57,512 bases of DNA from an uncultured Methanosarcinales archaeon (lineage in GTDB: Archaea > Nanobdellota > Nanobdellia > Woesearchaeales > SKGA01). The notes beneath the pieces are model-generated. The model worked only from the letters and a program-made list of their open reading frames with translations, did no database searches and was not told the DNA's origin. Location: the NCBI GenBank assembly GCA_964517565.1, contig CAZFEG010000001.1, forward strand, positions 1 to 57,512, written 5' to 3'. Shown piece by piece: positions 47,624 to 56,998 of the stretch; position 1 is the first letter of the stretch, and each line of letters begins with the position of its first letter. The position numbers were made by a program, and so were the translations under genes.

Positions 47624-48370
47624 ATGAATTGTAAAGTAGTGAAAATTGAGAAACAACTTTCTTTTAAAGAAGCAGCAATGTTGCAACATCAAATGTTTGC
47701 TGCGGTAAATGCAGGTAAGTATGATGGCGTTTTATTAGTGTTGGAACATACACCGGTTTTTACAACAGGAGTAGACTTTGATACAACAGATTTACTTATA
47801 AGTGAAGAAGAAATCACAAATCAAGGAATAGAATTATCTAAAACTGATCGTTGTGGAGGGATTACATATAACGGACCAGGACAAATAGTGGTATATCCTA
47901 TTTTGAAACTAAAAAATTTCAATATTAGAAGTGATGAATATCTGAGTATACTTGAAGCAGTAATTAATGATACTGTGAGCAAATACAACCTAACTCCTTC
48001 TCAAGTCAATGGTTATCCTGGTGTATTTGTTAATAACACAAAAATATGTTTTATAGGTATTAAAGAAAGAAAAGGCGTTGCATATCAAGGATTATCAGTT
48101 GATGTAACAACGGATATATCAAACTATAAATTTATCAAAGATTGTTGGCCAAAAGGCTATAAAGTTGGGAAATTACAAGACTTTGTTAAAGACATCAATA
48201 TTGAAAATGCAAAGGATCAAATCATTGATAGCTTTAACAAGATATTCGATGTTGTTTTTGAAACTAGGAATATGAAAGATATGATGCCAACGTCTGGAAT
48301 GGGCCATCCTAGTGGAGTTCGAAAGAGACCTCAATCTACAATGGTAGGTCATCCACATACCGACAAGTAA
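47624..48370 (+). CDS. lipB: Octanoyltransferase LipB (twin of 9143..9889)
   Basis: Exact reverse-complement twin with an identical protein. Confidence 0.88.
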   Translation: MNCKVVKIEKQLSFKEAAMLQHQMFAAVNAGKYDGVLLVLEHTPVFTTGVDFDTTDLLISEEEITNQGIELSKTDRCGGITYNGPGQIVVYPILKLKNFNIRSDEYLSILEAVINDTVSKYNLTPSQVNGYPGVFVNNTKICFIGIKERKGVAYQGLSVDVTTDISNYKFIKDCWPKGYKVGKLQDFVKDINIENAKDQIIDSFNKIFDVVFETRNMKDMMPTSGMGHPSGVRKRPQSTMVGHPHTDK

Positions 48371-48555
48371 ATTTCTTAATAATTAAAAAAGACATTAACA
48401 GAAGTGGAATTAATGAGATATATTGCGATTTTGGATATGTCTTTTTTATTGGAGCAAATGGAATATAAAAAGATTTAATTCATTATAGTTGCATTTATAA
48501 TGAGAATATTATAAAATATGTAACGAACTTACCTAAATAGAAAATGAGGTGACAT

Positions 48556-49002
48556 ATGAAAGAACATAATGGAATTATTATTTGGAATCAACTTCATGAG
48601 TTGACAAAACTAAAAAAGCATTCATATACTCTACCTTCTTTAACAGAATTGGAGACAAGAATTATGCGCATTACTTCAATGATGAAACATAAAAAAGGTG
48701 TAAGCATTAATGTAAAGACATTAAAGACGATGTTGAATGTAAGCCATCCAACAATCTCTCAAACAGTTAATGCACTTGAGAAAAAAGAATATATTTCTCG
48801 TGTGAATGATCCACTAGATGGAAGGGTAACGTTAATTGAAATTTCAAAAACAGGAAAAAAAGTTTTAGAGGAATCTTTTCGAATTATTACAGAAAGGTTC
48901 ATCGAATTATCGAATTATCTTGGAGAAGAAAAAAGTAAGGACTTTATTTCAATTCTCGATGATATTATTAAATACTTTCAAGAGTTAGGAGAAGAAAAAT
49001 GA
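48556..49002 (+). CDS. MarR-family regulator (twin of 8511..8957)
   Basis: Exact reverse-complement twin with an identical protein. Confidence 0.85.
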   Translation: MKEHNGIIIWNQLHELTKLKKHSYTLPSLTELETRIMRITSMMKHKKGVSINVKTLKTMLNVSHPTISQTVNALEKKEYISRVNDPLDGRVTLIEISKTGKKVLEESFRIITERFIELSNYLGEEKSKDFISILDDIIKYFQELGEEK

Positions 49003-50735
49003 AAAAGGCTTATAAATTATTAACTACAAGAGAACGATTTACCGTTCTCTTGATTATTTTACTTGTATCAGCACAAGTATATTCTCAATTAGAATTACCA
49101 TCATACACTGCTGATATTATTGATATTGGTATCTTCAATAAAGACTTGCCATATATTTATGGAAAAGGTGGACTGATGCTGTTAATCTCATTAGCAAGCA
49201 TCGTTGCAAGTATTTTTGCATCATTCTTTGCTGCAAAAATAGCTGTAAGTGTGGGTACTAAATTACGTTTTTGGGTATTTCAAAAAGTTTCAAACTTTTC
49301 ATCTCAAGAATATAATAAATTTGGTGCATCTACACTTATTACAAGAAACACAAATGATATTATTCAAGTTCAAAATTTTACGTATACGATGTTACGTCTA
49401 ATGGTAATGGCACCGCTAATGCTAATTGGTGGAATTCTTAAGGCTCGTATGCAAAGTACTGAGTTATCTTTTATCTTTTGGTATTCGATACCAGTATTAG
49501 TGTTTACAATAATAGTTGTCGCTTTTGTAGCGCTACCTCTATTTAAAAAACTTCAAGAGCGCTTAGATGCAGTTAACCTTGTATTTCGTGAAAACTTGAT
49601 TGGAGTTCGCGTGGTTCGTGCTTTCAATAGATTTAAACGTGAAAAAGAGCGTTTCAGTGAAGCAAATCTAAATCATATTACTATTGCTAAACGCGTGAAT
49701 CGAATTATGACATCTATTATGCCAGTAATGATGATTATTATGAACTTTACATCACTTGCTATTGTGTATTTTGGAGCAATCAAAGTGGATGAGGGAACTT
49801 TGCAAATAGGATCTATATTTGCTTTCTTGCAATACGCAATGCAAATTATGTTTAGTTTAGTAATGGCGTCAATGATCTTTGTTATGTTTCCTCGTGCTCA
49901 AGCATCTTATAGAAGAATTTTCCAAGTCCTTAATGAGGAACAAACTATTCAAGATAAAGAAGATGCTATAGAACAAACAGAAACAACTGGAGCTATCACA
50001 TTTAAAAATGTTATGTTTAAATATCCTGGTGCAGAAATGCCTGTATTAAGTGAAGTATCATTTACTGCAAAACCAGGTAATATTACTGCAATTGTTGGAG
50101 GAACAGGATCTGGGAAATCAACATTGATAAACCTAATCCCAAGATTCTATGATTTAACATCTGGAGAAATCTTGCTTGATGATGTAAATATCAAGGATAT
50201 TACGCAAAGAAGCTTGCGTTCTCATATTGGATATATCCCTCAATCAGCGACACTGTTTAGCGGGTCTATTCGTGATAACTTGAATCTAGGAAAAGAAGAT
50301 GCCACAGATGATGAAATCATGGATGCGATAAAAATCGCGCAAGCAGAAGAATTTGTTTCTGAAAAAGATGGTGGGTTAGACAGAGTAGTTTCTCAATCAG
50401 GTACAAACCTTTCTGGTGGACAAAAACAACGTTTATCAATTGCAAGAGCTATTGTTAAACGCCCGAAAATATATATTTTTGATGATTCATTTTCAGCATT
50501 AGATTTCACAACTGATTTTGAACTTCGAAAAGCACTTCACCCTCATATCAAAGAATCAACTATTTTTATCGTTGCTCAAAGAATTTCAACAATTAGTAAT
50601 GCTGATCAAATTATTGTTCTTGATGAAGGTAAGATAGTTGGAATAGGAACACACAAATCCTTATTACAATCATGTGACGTATACAAAGAAATTGTATCCA
50701 GTCAAATTACAGAGGAGGAGATGGATCATGAGTAA
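48999..50735 (+). CDS. ABC exporter half, degenerate-site partner (twin of 6778..8514)
   Basis: Exact reverse-complement twin with an identical protein. Confidence 0.9.
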   Translation: MKKAYKLLTTRERFTVLLIILLVSAQVYSQLELPSYTADIIDIGIFNKDLPYIYGKGGLMLLISLASIVASIFASFFAAKIAVSVGTKLRFWVFQKVSNFSSQEYNKFGASTLITRNTNDIIQVQNFTYTMLRLMVMAPLMLIGGILKARMQSTELSFIFWYSIPVLVFTIIVVAFVALPLFKKLQERLDAVNLVFRENLIGVRVVRAFNRFKREKERFSEANLNHITIAKRVNRIMTSIMPVMMIIMNFTSLAIVYFGAIKVDEGTLQIGSIFAFLQYAMQIMFSLVMASMIFVMFPRAQASYRRIFQVLNEEQTIQDKEDAIEQTETTGAITFKNVMFKYPGAEMPVLSEVSFTAKPGNITAIVGGTGSGKSTLINLIPRFYDLTSGEILLDDVNIKDITQRSLRSHIGYIPQSATLFSGSIRDNLNLGKEDATDDEIMDAIKIAQAEEFVSEKDGGLDRVVSQSGTNLSGGQKQRLSIARAIVKRPKIYIFDDSFSALDFTTDFELRKALHPHIKESTIFIVAQRISTISNADQIIVLDEGKIVGIGTHKSLLQSCDVYKEIVSSQITEEEMDHE

Positions 50736-52566
50736 CGATAAAAAACAACAAAACCGTGGTTCTAGACCTCATGGTGGACCTATGGGAATGGCGATGTCTG
50801 TTCAAAAAGCAAAGAACTTTAAAGGGACATTAAAACGCTTAATCAATTACTTAAGACCAGATTTACCAAAAATAATTATTGTTGTTATCTTCTCGATTGC
50901 TTCAATGGTATTTACAATAATATCACCACGTGTACTTGGGGATATTACTACAGAAATATACAAAGGATTTTTCTCTCCACAAGGAGTAGATTTTGCTCCT
51001 ATAAATGATTTACTTACATATCTTTCTGTCTTATATGTGCTAAGTGCATTATTTGCTTATATCCAAAACTTTGTTATGGTTGGAGTAACACAAAACACAG
51101 TATTTAGAATGCGTAAAGATATCAAAGAAAAACTTAGAAAATTACCATTAAAATACTATGATAGTAAAACTCATGGTGAATTACTAAGTCGTGTGACAAA
51201 TGATGTAGATACAGTTGGTTCTACAATGCAACAAGGATTGAATAACTTGGTTACTGCGATTGTAATGATTATTGGTGTACTTTACATGATGCTTACAATT
51301 TCTGTAACAATGACTTTGGTTGCACTTATCACGTTGCCATTATCATTCTTCTTAATAAAACCAATTGTAAAACGAAGCCAAAAATACTTCAAGGCACAAC
51401 AAAAAACGCTTGGAGATTTAAATGGACATATCGAAGAAATGTATTCGGGACACCAAATCATAAAAGCTTTTGGAAAAGAAGAAGGTTCAATAGAAACTTT
51501 TACAGGTATTAATAAAGAACTAAAACATGCAGCATGGCGTGCAGCATTTATGAGTGGTATTATTATGCCAATCATAAACCTTGTAAACAACATTATCTAT
51601 GTATTAATAAGTGTTGTTGGAGCAATATTATTTATCAATGGAGCAATTGAAATCGGGAATATTCAATCATTTATACAATATATTAGACTATTCTCACAAC
51701 CAATTAGTAACGTTGCAAGTGTTTCAAACCTAATCCAATCAACAGTAGCTGCCGCAGAACGTGTATTTGAATTACTTGATGAAGAAGAAGAAAGCAGACA
51801 AGAAGACTCAAATATATTTAATGATGTAGTTGGACATGTTACTATCGATCATATCGCTTTTTCATATAAAGAAGGACAAAACTTGATCACAGATTTCAGT
51901 GTTGATGTTAAAGAAGGAGAAACAATTGCGATTGTTGGTCCAACGGGTGCTGGTAAAACGACACTAGTAAATCTATTACTTCGTTTTTATGATGCTCAAT
52001 CAGGAGACATTAGAATTGATGGTAAATCTATTTACGATGCATCAAGAAGTGATGTTCGTCAAGCATTCGGAATGGTACTACAAGATACTTGGTTATTTAA
52101 AGGAACAATTATGGATAATATCCGTTATGGTAAATTAGAAGCATCTGATGAAGACGTATATAATGCAGCATCAATTGCAAATGTAGACCACTTTATTAGA
52201 ACGCTAAAAGATGGATATCAAACAATTATAAACGAGGAAGCAAATAATATTTCACAAGGTCAAAAACAATTAATTACGATTGCTCGTGCGTTGCTTGCTA
52301 ATCCACGTATCCTAATTTTAGATGAAGCAACATCAAGCGTTGACACAAGAACTGAAAGTTACATTCAAAACGCAATGCTTAAACTAATGAAGGGCCGTAC
52401 TAACTTTGTCATTGCTCATCGTTTATCAACGATAAAAAATGCGAATCATATTTTAGTTATGAATGACGGAGACATTATTGAAACCGGTTCACACAGTGAG
52501 TTACTAGCAAAAGAAGGGTTCTACTTTAACCTATACAATGCACAGTTTAATAAAACATTAGAATAG
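50728..52566 (+). CDS. ABC exporter half, consensus-site partner (twin of 4947..6785)
   Basis: Exact reverse-complement twin with an identical protein. Confidence 0.9.
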   Translation: MSNDKKQQNRGSRPHGGPMGMAMSVQKAKNFKGTLKRLINYLRPDLPKIIIVVIFSIASMVFTIISPRVLGDITTEIYKGFFSPQGVDFAPINDLLTYLSVLYVLSALFAYIQNFVMVGVTQNTVFRMRKDIKEKLRKLPLKYYDSKTHGELLSRVTNDVDTVGSTMQQGLNNLVTAIVMIIGVLYMMLTISVTMTLVALITLPLSFFLIKPIVKRSQKYFKAQQKTLGDLNGHIEEMYSGHQIIKAFGKEEGSIETFTGINKELKHAAWRAAFMSGIIMPIINLVNNIIYVLISVVGAILFINGAIEIGNIQSFIQYIRLFSQPISNVASVSNLIQSTVAAAERVFELLDEEEESRQEDSNIFNDVVGHVTIDHIAFSYKEGQNLITDFSVDVKEGETIAIVGPTGAGKTTLVNLLLRFYDAQSGDIRIDGKSIYDASRSDVRQAFGMVLQDTWLFKGTIMDNIRYGKLEASDEDVYNAASIANVDHFIRTLKDGYQTIINEEANNISQGQKQLITIARALLANPRILILDEATSSVDTRTESYIQNAMLKLMKGRTNFVIAHRLSTIKNANHILVMNDGDIIETGSHSELLAKEGFYFNLYNAQFNKTLE

Positions 52567-52599
52567 TAAACTTACATAGTTTGAAAAGTGATTGAAGAG

Positions 52600-52630
52600 A
52601 CATCATCTGTTGATACAGGTGGTGTTTTTC
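52600..52630 (+). terminator. Intrinsic terminator after the ABC operon (twin of 4883..4913)
   Basis: acatcatctgt-tgat-acaggtggtgt followed by ttttt. Confidence 0.8.
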
Positions 52631-52805
52631 TTTATTGAAAAGCGGAACTAAAACCTAATCGTTAGAATAATATTGCGACAAGTAAAATATTATGATAAAA
52701 TTAAGTTAGTGTATGGAAGGTTACTAGGGGATATAATCAATTGCTTGAACAAAATCCTTTCAAGAGAGTGAAACCTTCCAAAATGGAAAATAGGAGGGTT
52801 TTTTA

Positions 52806-54797
52806 ATGAAAAAAGTAATTATTGGAATTGTGGCAATATTGGTTTTATTTTTATCAGGTTGTGATCAGTTACCAGAAATCTTAAAAGATTATTTACCTGC
52901 TTTAGAGCTTAATGGTGAGATAGATGTGACTATTGGATTAAACGAAGAATACGTTGATCCAGGGGTAGAACTAGTTGGAGATTTTGATCTTGAAATAACT
53001 ACTGATTCTAATCTAGATATTACAACATATGGTATATATTTTATCGACTATAGTGTTGATTATAATGGTAAAGAAATTAGAATAGGTAGAAAAATTAGAG
53101 TTGTACCAGAAACTGAAAAAGACTTTAATATAAACTTGTCTGTAGAGTCTATAGATCCTAATGCACTTACTTTCTTAATCGAAATAGATGATCAAGATGG
53201 GGATTTAATTGATGGTGAAGGAATATTGTATTATCTTGATGAAAAAATCAAATCCTTTCCTGTAGCTAATGGAATGACATATTTAGAGTTTGATGAACTG
53301 GCTAACCAAACATATTATCGTTTAGAATTTATTGGTTCTTATACTGATAATGAGCTAGTATACACGCTAGACGACTATACAATTGGGGCTAAAACAACGT
53401 TAACTGACCCTAAGGATTATCCAAGACTAGAACTTGTTGGTGAAGAAGAATTGCATCTTAATGTTGGTGACGAATATATAGAACAAGGCGTTACTATCAT
53501 TGGAGAGCAACAGGAATTAGAAATAACGATTGAATCAGATGTAGATACAGCAATAGCAGGAACATACACTGTTAGATATATAATTGTCTTTAATTTAGCT
53601 TCAATTTATGCACATAGAACTGTCATTGTTGATGCAGTTGATGTAGACCCAAATGATGATCCAGATGATGTGCCAGGTGAAGTTGATTTTGGAGTAGTAA
53701 TAGAATTGGTTGATGCAGAAGCTTATAGTCTTACTATTTCGGTTACTGTTGATGATGCAACAGAGAGAATTACAAACCCACTTGCATCACTTTATCTTGG
53801 AAGTGAGAGAGTTTCTGGGTTCGTTTATTCTCACGGAACAACTACAATAACATTTGAAGGATTATTAGCTGAAACAACATATCATTTTATATTAGATGGA
53901 TTTTATTTGAGTGATGGTAATTTTGTTTCTATAGGAGATTATACGGAAGAATTTAGTACGTTGCCAGTATCAGATATTGTTTTTGCTCCTTATATGGTTC
54001 TAAATGGAGATAGTATTGTAGAAGTAGAAATAAACACTCCATTTGTTGATCCAGGAGCAAGTGTAATTGGATATCCTAATGCAGTTATTACGCAGTCATT
54101 GTATCCTAATATAGTAGGAACCTATACAATTACTTATAGTGCGACTATAGATGGAGTACCTTTTAATGTTACTAGAACTATTAATGTTGTAGACTCTAGT
54201 GTACAAGATAATTATTTTGGATTAACTAGTTATGAAATAGGCAAAGAATATATTAATGTGGTCATAGATGTCGAGGATGCGCAATCAGAAATCGTTTCAA
54301 TGACAGCTTATGTTTATGATATTGATGGTCACCAAGCAAATATATCAGGATTATTAGTTGGCAATAATGAAATAATGTTTGATTGGTTAACTCAAGACAC
54401 AAATTATAAGCTTGTTGTTGAGTATTCTTACATTCCAACAGGTGAAAGTGATACAGTATATGTAGAACTTGAGCTATTAGATTTTAATACGCTAGCTGCA
54501 CCAAGACCAATACTTACTAGTATAGATTGTTCATCTACAGGAACTCAAACAACTTGTAGTGCGGAATGGAATGAAGAAGGATTTGAATCTAACATCATAT
54601 ATTCTGCAGAACTATGGTCTGGAACGAATTACATCGGACTTATTAGATTTACGAATGATGGGACAGTACTATTTATTGATGATTTAAACCCAGATTCAGA
54701 ATATACTATAAAAGTCTTTGCGGATTATACAGTTACAGCTACCGGAGCAAGTTACATTGTTAAAATTACAGAGTTTGAAATTAATAAATCAGAATAA
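52806..54797 (+). CDS. Modular 663-aa surface lipoprotein (twin of 2716..4707)
   Basis: Exact reverse-complement twin with an identical protein. Confidence 0.85.
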   Translation: MKKVIIGIVAILVLFLSGCDQLPEILKDYLPALELNGEIDVTIGLNEEYVDPGVELVGDFDLEITTDSNLDITTYGIYFIDYSVDYNGKEIRIGRKIRVVPETEKDFNINLSVESIDPNALTFLIEIDDQDGDLIDGEGILYYLDEKIKSFPVANGMTYLEFDELANQTYYRLEFIGSYTDNELVYTLDDYTIGAKTTLTDPKDYPRLELVGEEELHLNVGDEYIEQGVTIIGEQQELEITIESDVDTAIAGTYTVRYIIVFNLASIYAHRTVIVDAVDVDPNDDPDDVPGEVDFGVVIELVDAEAYSLTISVTVDDATERITNPLASLYLGSERVSGFVYSHGTTTITFEGLLAETTYHFILDGFYLSDGNFVSIGDYTEEFSTLPVSDIVFAPYMVLNGDSIVEVEINTPFVDPGASVIGYPNAVITQSLYPNIVGTYTITYSATIDGVPFNVTRTINVVDSSVQDNYFGLTSYEIGKEYINVVIDVEDAQSEIVSMTAYVYDIDGHQANISGLLVGNNEIMFDWLTQDTNYKLVVEYSYIPTGESDTVYVELELLDFNTLAAPRPILTSIDCSSTGTQTTCSAEWNEEGFESNIIYSAELWSGTNYIGLIRFTNDGTVLFIDDLNPDSEYTIKVFADYTVTATGASYIVKITEFEINKSE

Positions 54798-54802
54798 ATG
54801 TT

Positions 54803-54832
54803 AAAAAACAAAACCGAGAGGTTTTGTTTTTT
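54803..54832 (+). terminator. Intrinsic terminator (twin of 2681..2710)
   Basis: aaaaaacaaaacc-gaga-ggttttgtttttt. Confidence 0.9.
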
Positions 54833-55227
54833 GTTATAAATCCATATTTGATAATCTTTATGTTTACTTTATCTAATAAGTTTAGGATAACTCCCACTTC
54901 AAAGATATTGGTGATTAGTGCAAGAGAAAATGGTAGAGAAATTACCCGATTTTCGAGATTGCTATCTAAGTAAAAGAAATACTTCCATTAAAAATTGAAG
55001 TAGTAAATTGAGCGGTTTTACTTCGTGAAATAACAATCGCAATCACAAATCTTAATTAAATCTTAAATAAATATTAACAAAACATCCTAAGTGTTGATTA
55101 AAATAATAATATTGATTAGACTAAAATAGTAAACATTGTATATTGAGGATGGACTAGCGAATAATCAGTATTAAGAAGCATAATAATAAGGGGTAAATAG
55201 CGCCTAGGAACTGATAGGAGGATTTAT

Positions 55228-55992
55228 ATGGATGAGAAATATAAATCACTGAGTAAACAGAAAATACTACTCGTTGATGACAATAATATTAACCGAAGAG
55301 TAATGGGAGAATTACTTAAGAGAATGTATTTAGATGTTACTGAAGCCAAAGACGGGGTTGAAGCAATTGAATTAGTAAAAAAAGAAATTTTTGATATGAT
55401 TTTTATGGATATTTTTATGCCGGGTATGGATGGATATGAAACAAGCAGACACATTCGAGAACTAGATGGTCCGAATGGAGACGTTCCAATTATTGCAGTT
55501 ACAGCTAATGATGTTGAAGAAACACAAAACAAAATAGCTGAGTGTGGAATGAATGGTGTTTTACCTAAACCTATTCGTAAAGAAAATCTAGAAAAACTAT
55601 TGAATGAGTATTTTGGCAGTAGCATTAATGATACAAAAGAGATTGATAAAGAGTTGGAAATATTTAATAAAAACGGATTTGAATTATTTTATGAAGATGA
55701 TTTTCTACGTAAAGAAATTATAAATACATTTTATGCTGAAAAACAAAAAGACCTTAAAAACATAAACGATGCATTCTTTGCGAAAGATTGTGCATTAATA
55801 TATAAAGCGCTTCATTATATGAAAGGTTCATTTATCTATTTGAATGCTCCAAAAATACTAAAACTTACTCAACAAATTTTAGACCTATCCGCAGAAAACA
55901 AAATAAGTGATGTATTACTTCTAGAAGAGCCACTACTTAATAATTATGACCTGCTACGAGAAGAATTGCATAAATATATGGATCAATTATAG
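55228..55992 (+). CDS. REC-Hpt fusion protein (twin of 1521..2285)
   Basis: Exact reverse-complement twin with an identical protein. Confidence 0.85.
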   Translation: MDEKYKSLSKQKILLVDDNNINRRVMGELLKRMYLDVTEAKDGVEAIELVKKEIFDMIFMDIFMPGMDGYETSRHIRELDGPNGDVPIIAVTANDVEETQNKIAECGMNGVLPKPIRKENLEKLLNEYFGSSINDTKEIDKELEIFNKNGFELFYEDDFLRKEIINTFYAEKQKDLKNINDAFFAKDCALIYKALHYMKGSFIYLNAPKILKLTQQILDLSAENKISDVLLLEEPLLNNYDLLREELHKYMDQL

Positions 55993-56163
55993 ACAAACAA
56001 CAAAAGAGCCAAATAAAAATTTGGTTCTTTTTTATGACATAAAAAACAATTTTGTATATATAATCAAAATTAATGACAATGTTCATTAACAATCTTGTAG
56101 AAAGCGGATGTATTTGATATAATAGTCTTGTGTGTAAAATATAGTATTCAAAGGGGCTACATT

Positions 56164-56882
56164 ATGAAAAGAATTTTACTAGTAGAAGACAATAAAATCG
56201 TTAGTAAAACAATTGAGCGTAAACTTCAAAATAATGACTACATTGTAGACTGTTGTTTTAACGCCGAGGATGGGTTGCTAGAAATTAATAAACATGATTA
56301 TTCCGCAATAATTTTGGATCTAGATTTACCAAAAATGAACGGATATGCTTTTTTACAAATTCTACGTAAAAAATCTGATGTACCTGTGATAATAAATACT
56401 GTTCATGCAGATGTAAAATCTAGAGTAAAACTTATTGGGGTTGGAGCAAGTGATTTTATTGAGAAGTCACTAAAACCAGATGAGATTGTTGAAAGTATTA
56501 AGATTATATTAGAAGATAGGGAAAAAGAAAACGAACGCAGTAAAACATTTAAATTTAAACATTTAGATATAGATTTTCTATCTAGAAAAGTAAAAAGAGA
56601 CAATATAGAACTCGAACTTACAAATAAGGAATTTGATATTATAAAGATGCTACTGGATAATCCTGAGAGAGCCTTCTCTAGAAACAATTGTACTTAGTTG
56701 TTTGGGGAGAACAATATGAGGAATCAGTGGATAATACGATAAATGTACATGTAAAAAGATTAAGAAATAAAATCGAAGTAGATCCAAAAAATCCAGAAGT
56801 CATAGAAACTGTTTATGCATTTGGGTATCGATTGGGAAAAGAAGTAGTTGATATGCTTCTAAGTCAAAATGGAATCGAATAA
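56164..56882 (+). pseudogene. Frameshifted OmpR/PhoB-family response regulator (twin of 631..1349)
   Basis: Exact reverse-complement twin. The frame break is at the A3 run 56682..56684. Confidence 0.85.
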
Positions 56883-56887
56883 TATAG

Positions 56888-56924
56888 AGGTTGTTATCAA
56901 ATTTTGATAGCAACCTTTTATTTT
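56888..56924 (+). terminator. Intrinsic terminator (twin of 589..625)
   Basis: aggttgttatcaa-att-ttgatagcaacct followed by a T-rich tract. Confidence 0.75.
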
Positions 56925-56998
56925 ATTGTTTTTATTTTTTTATCATATTCTTTTTACATGTTATAATAGAATAAGAAGACTAATTATGGAGGTATACT

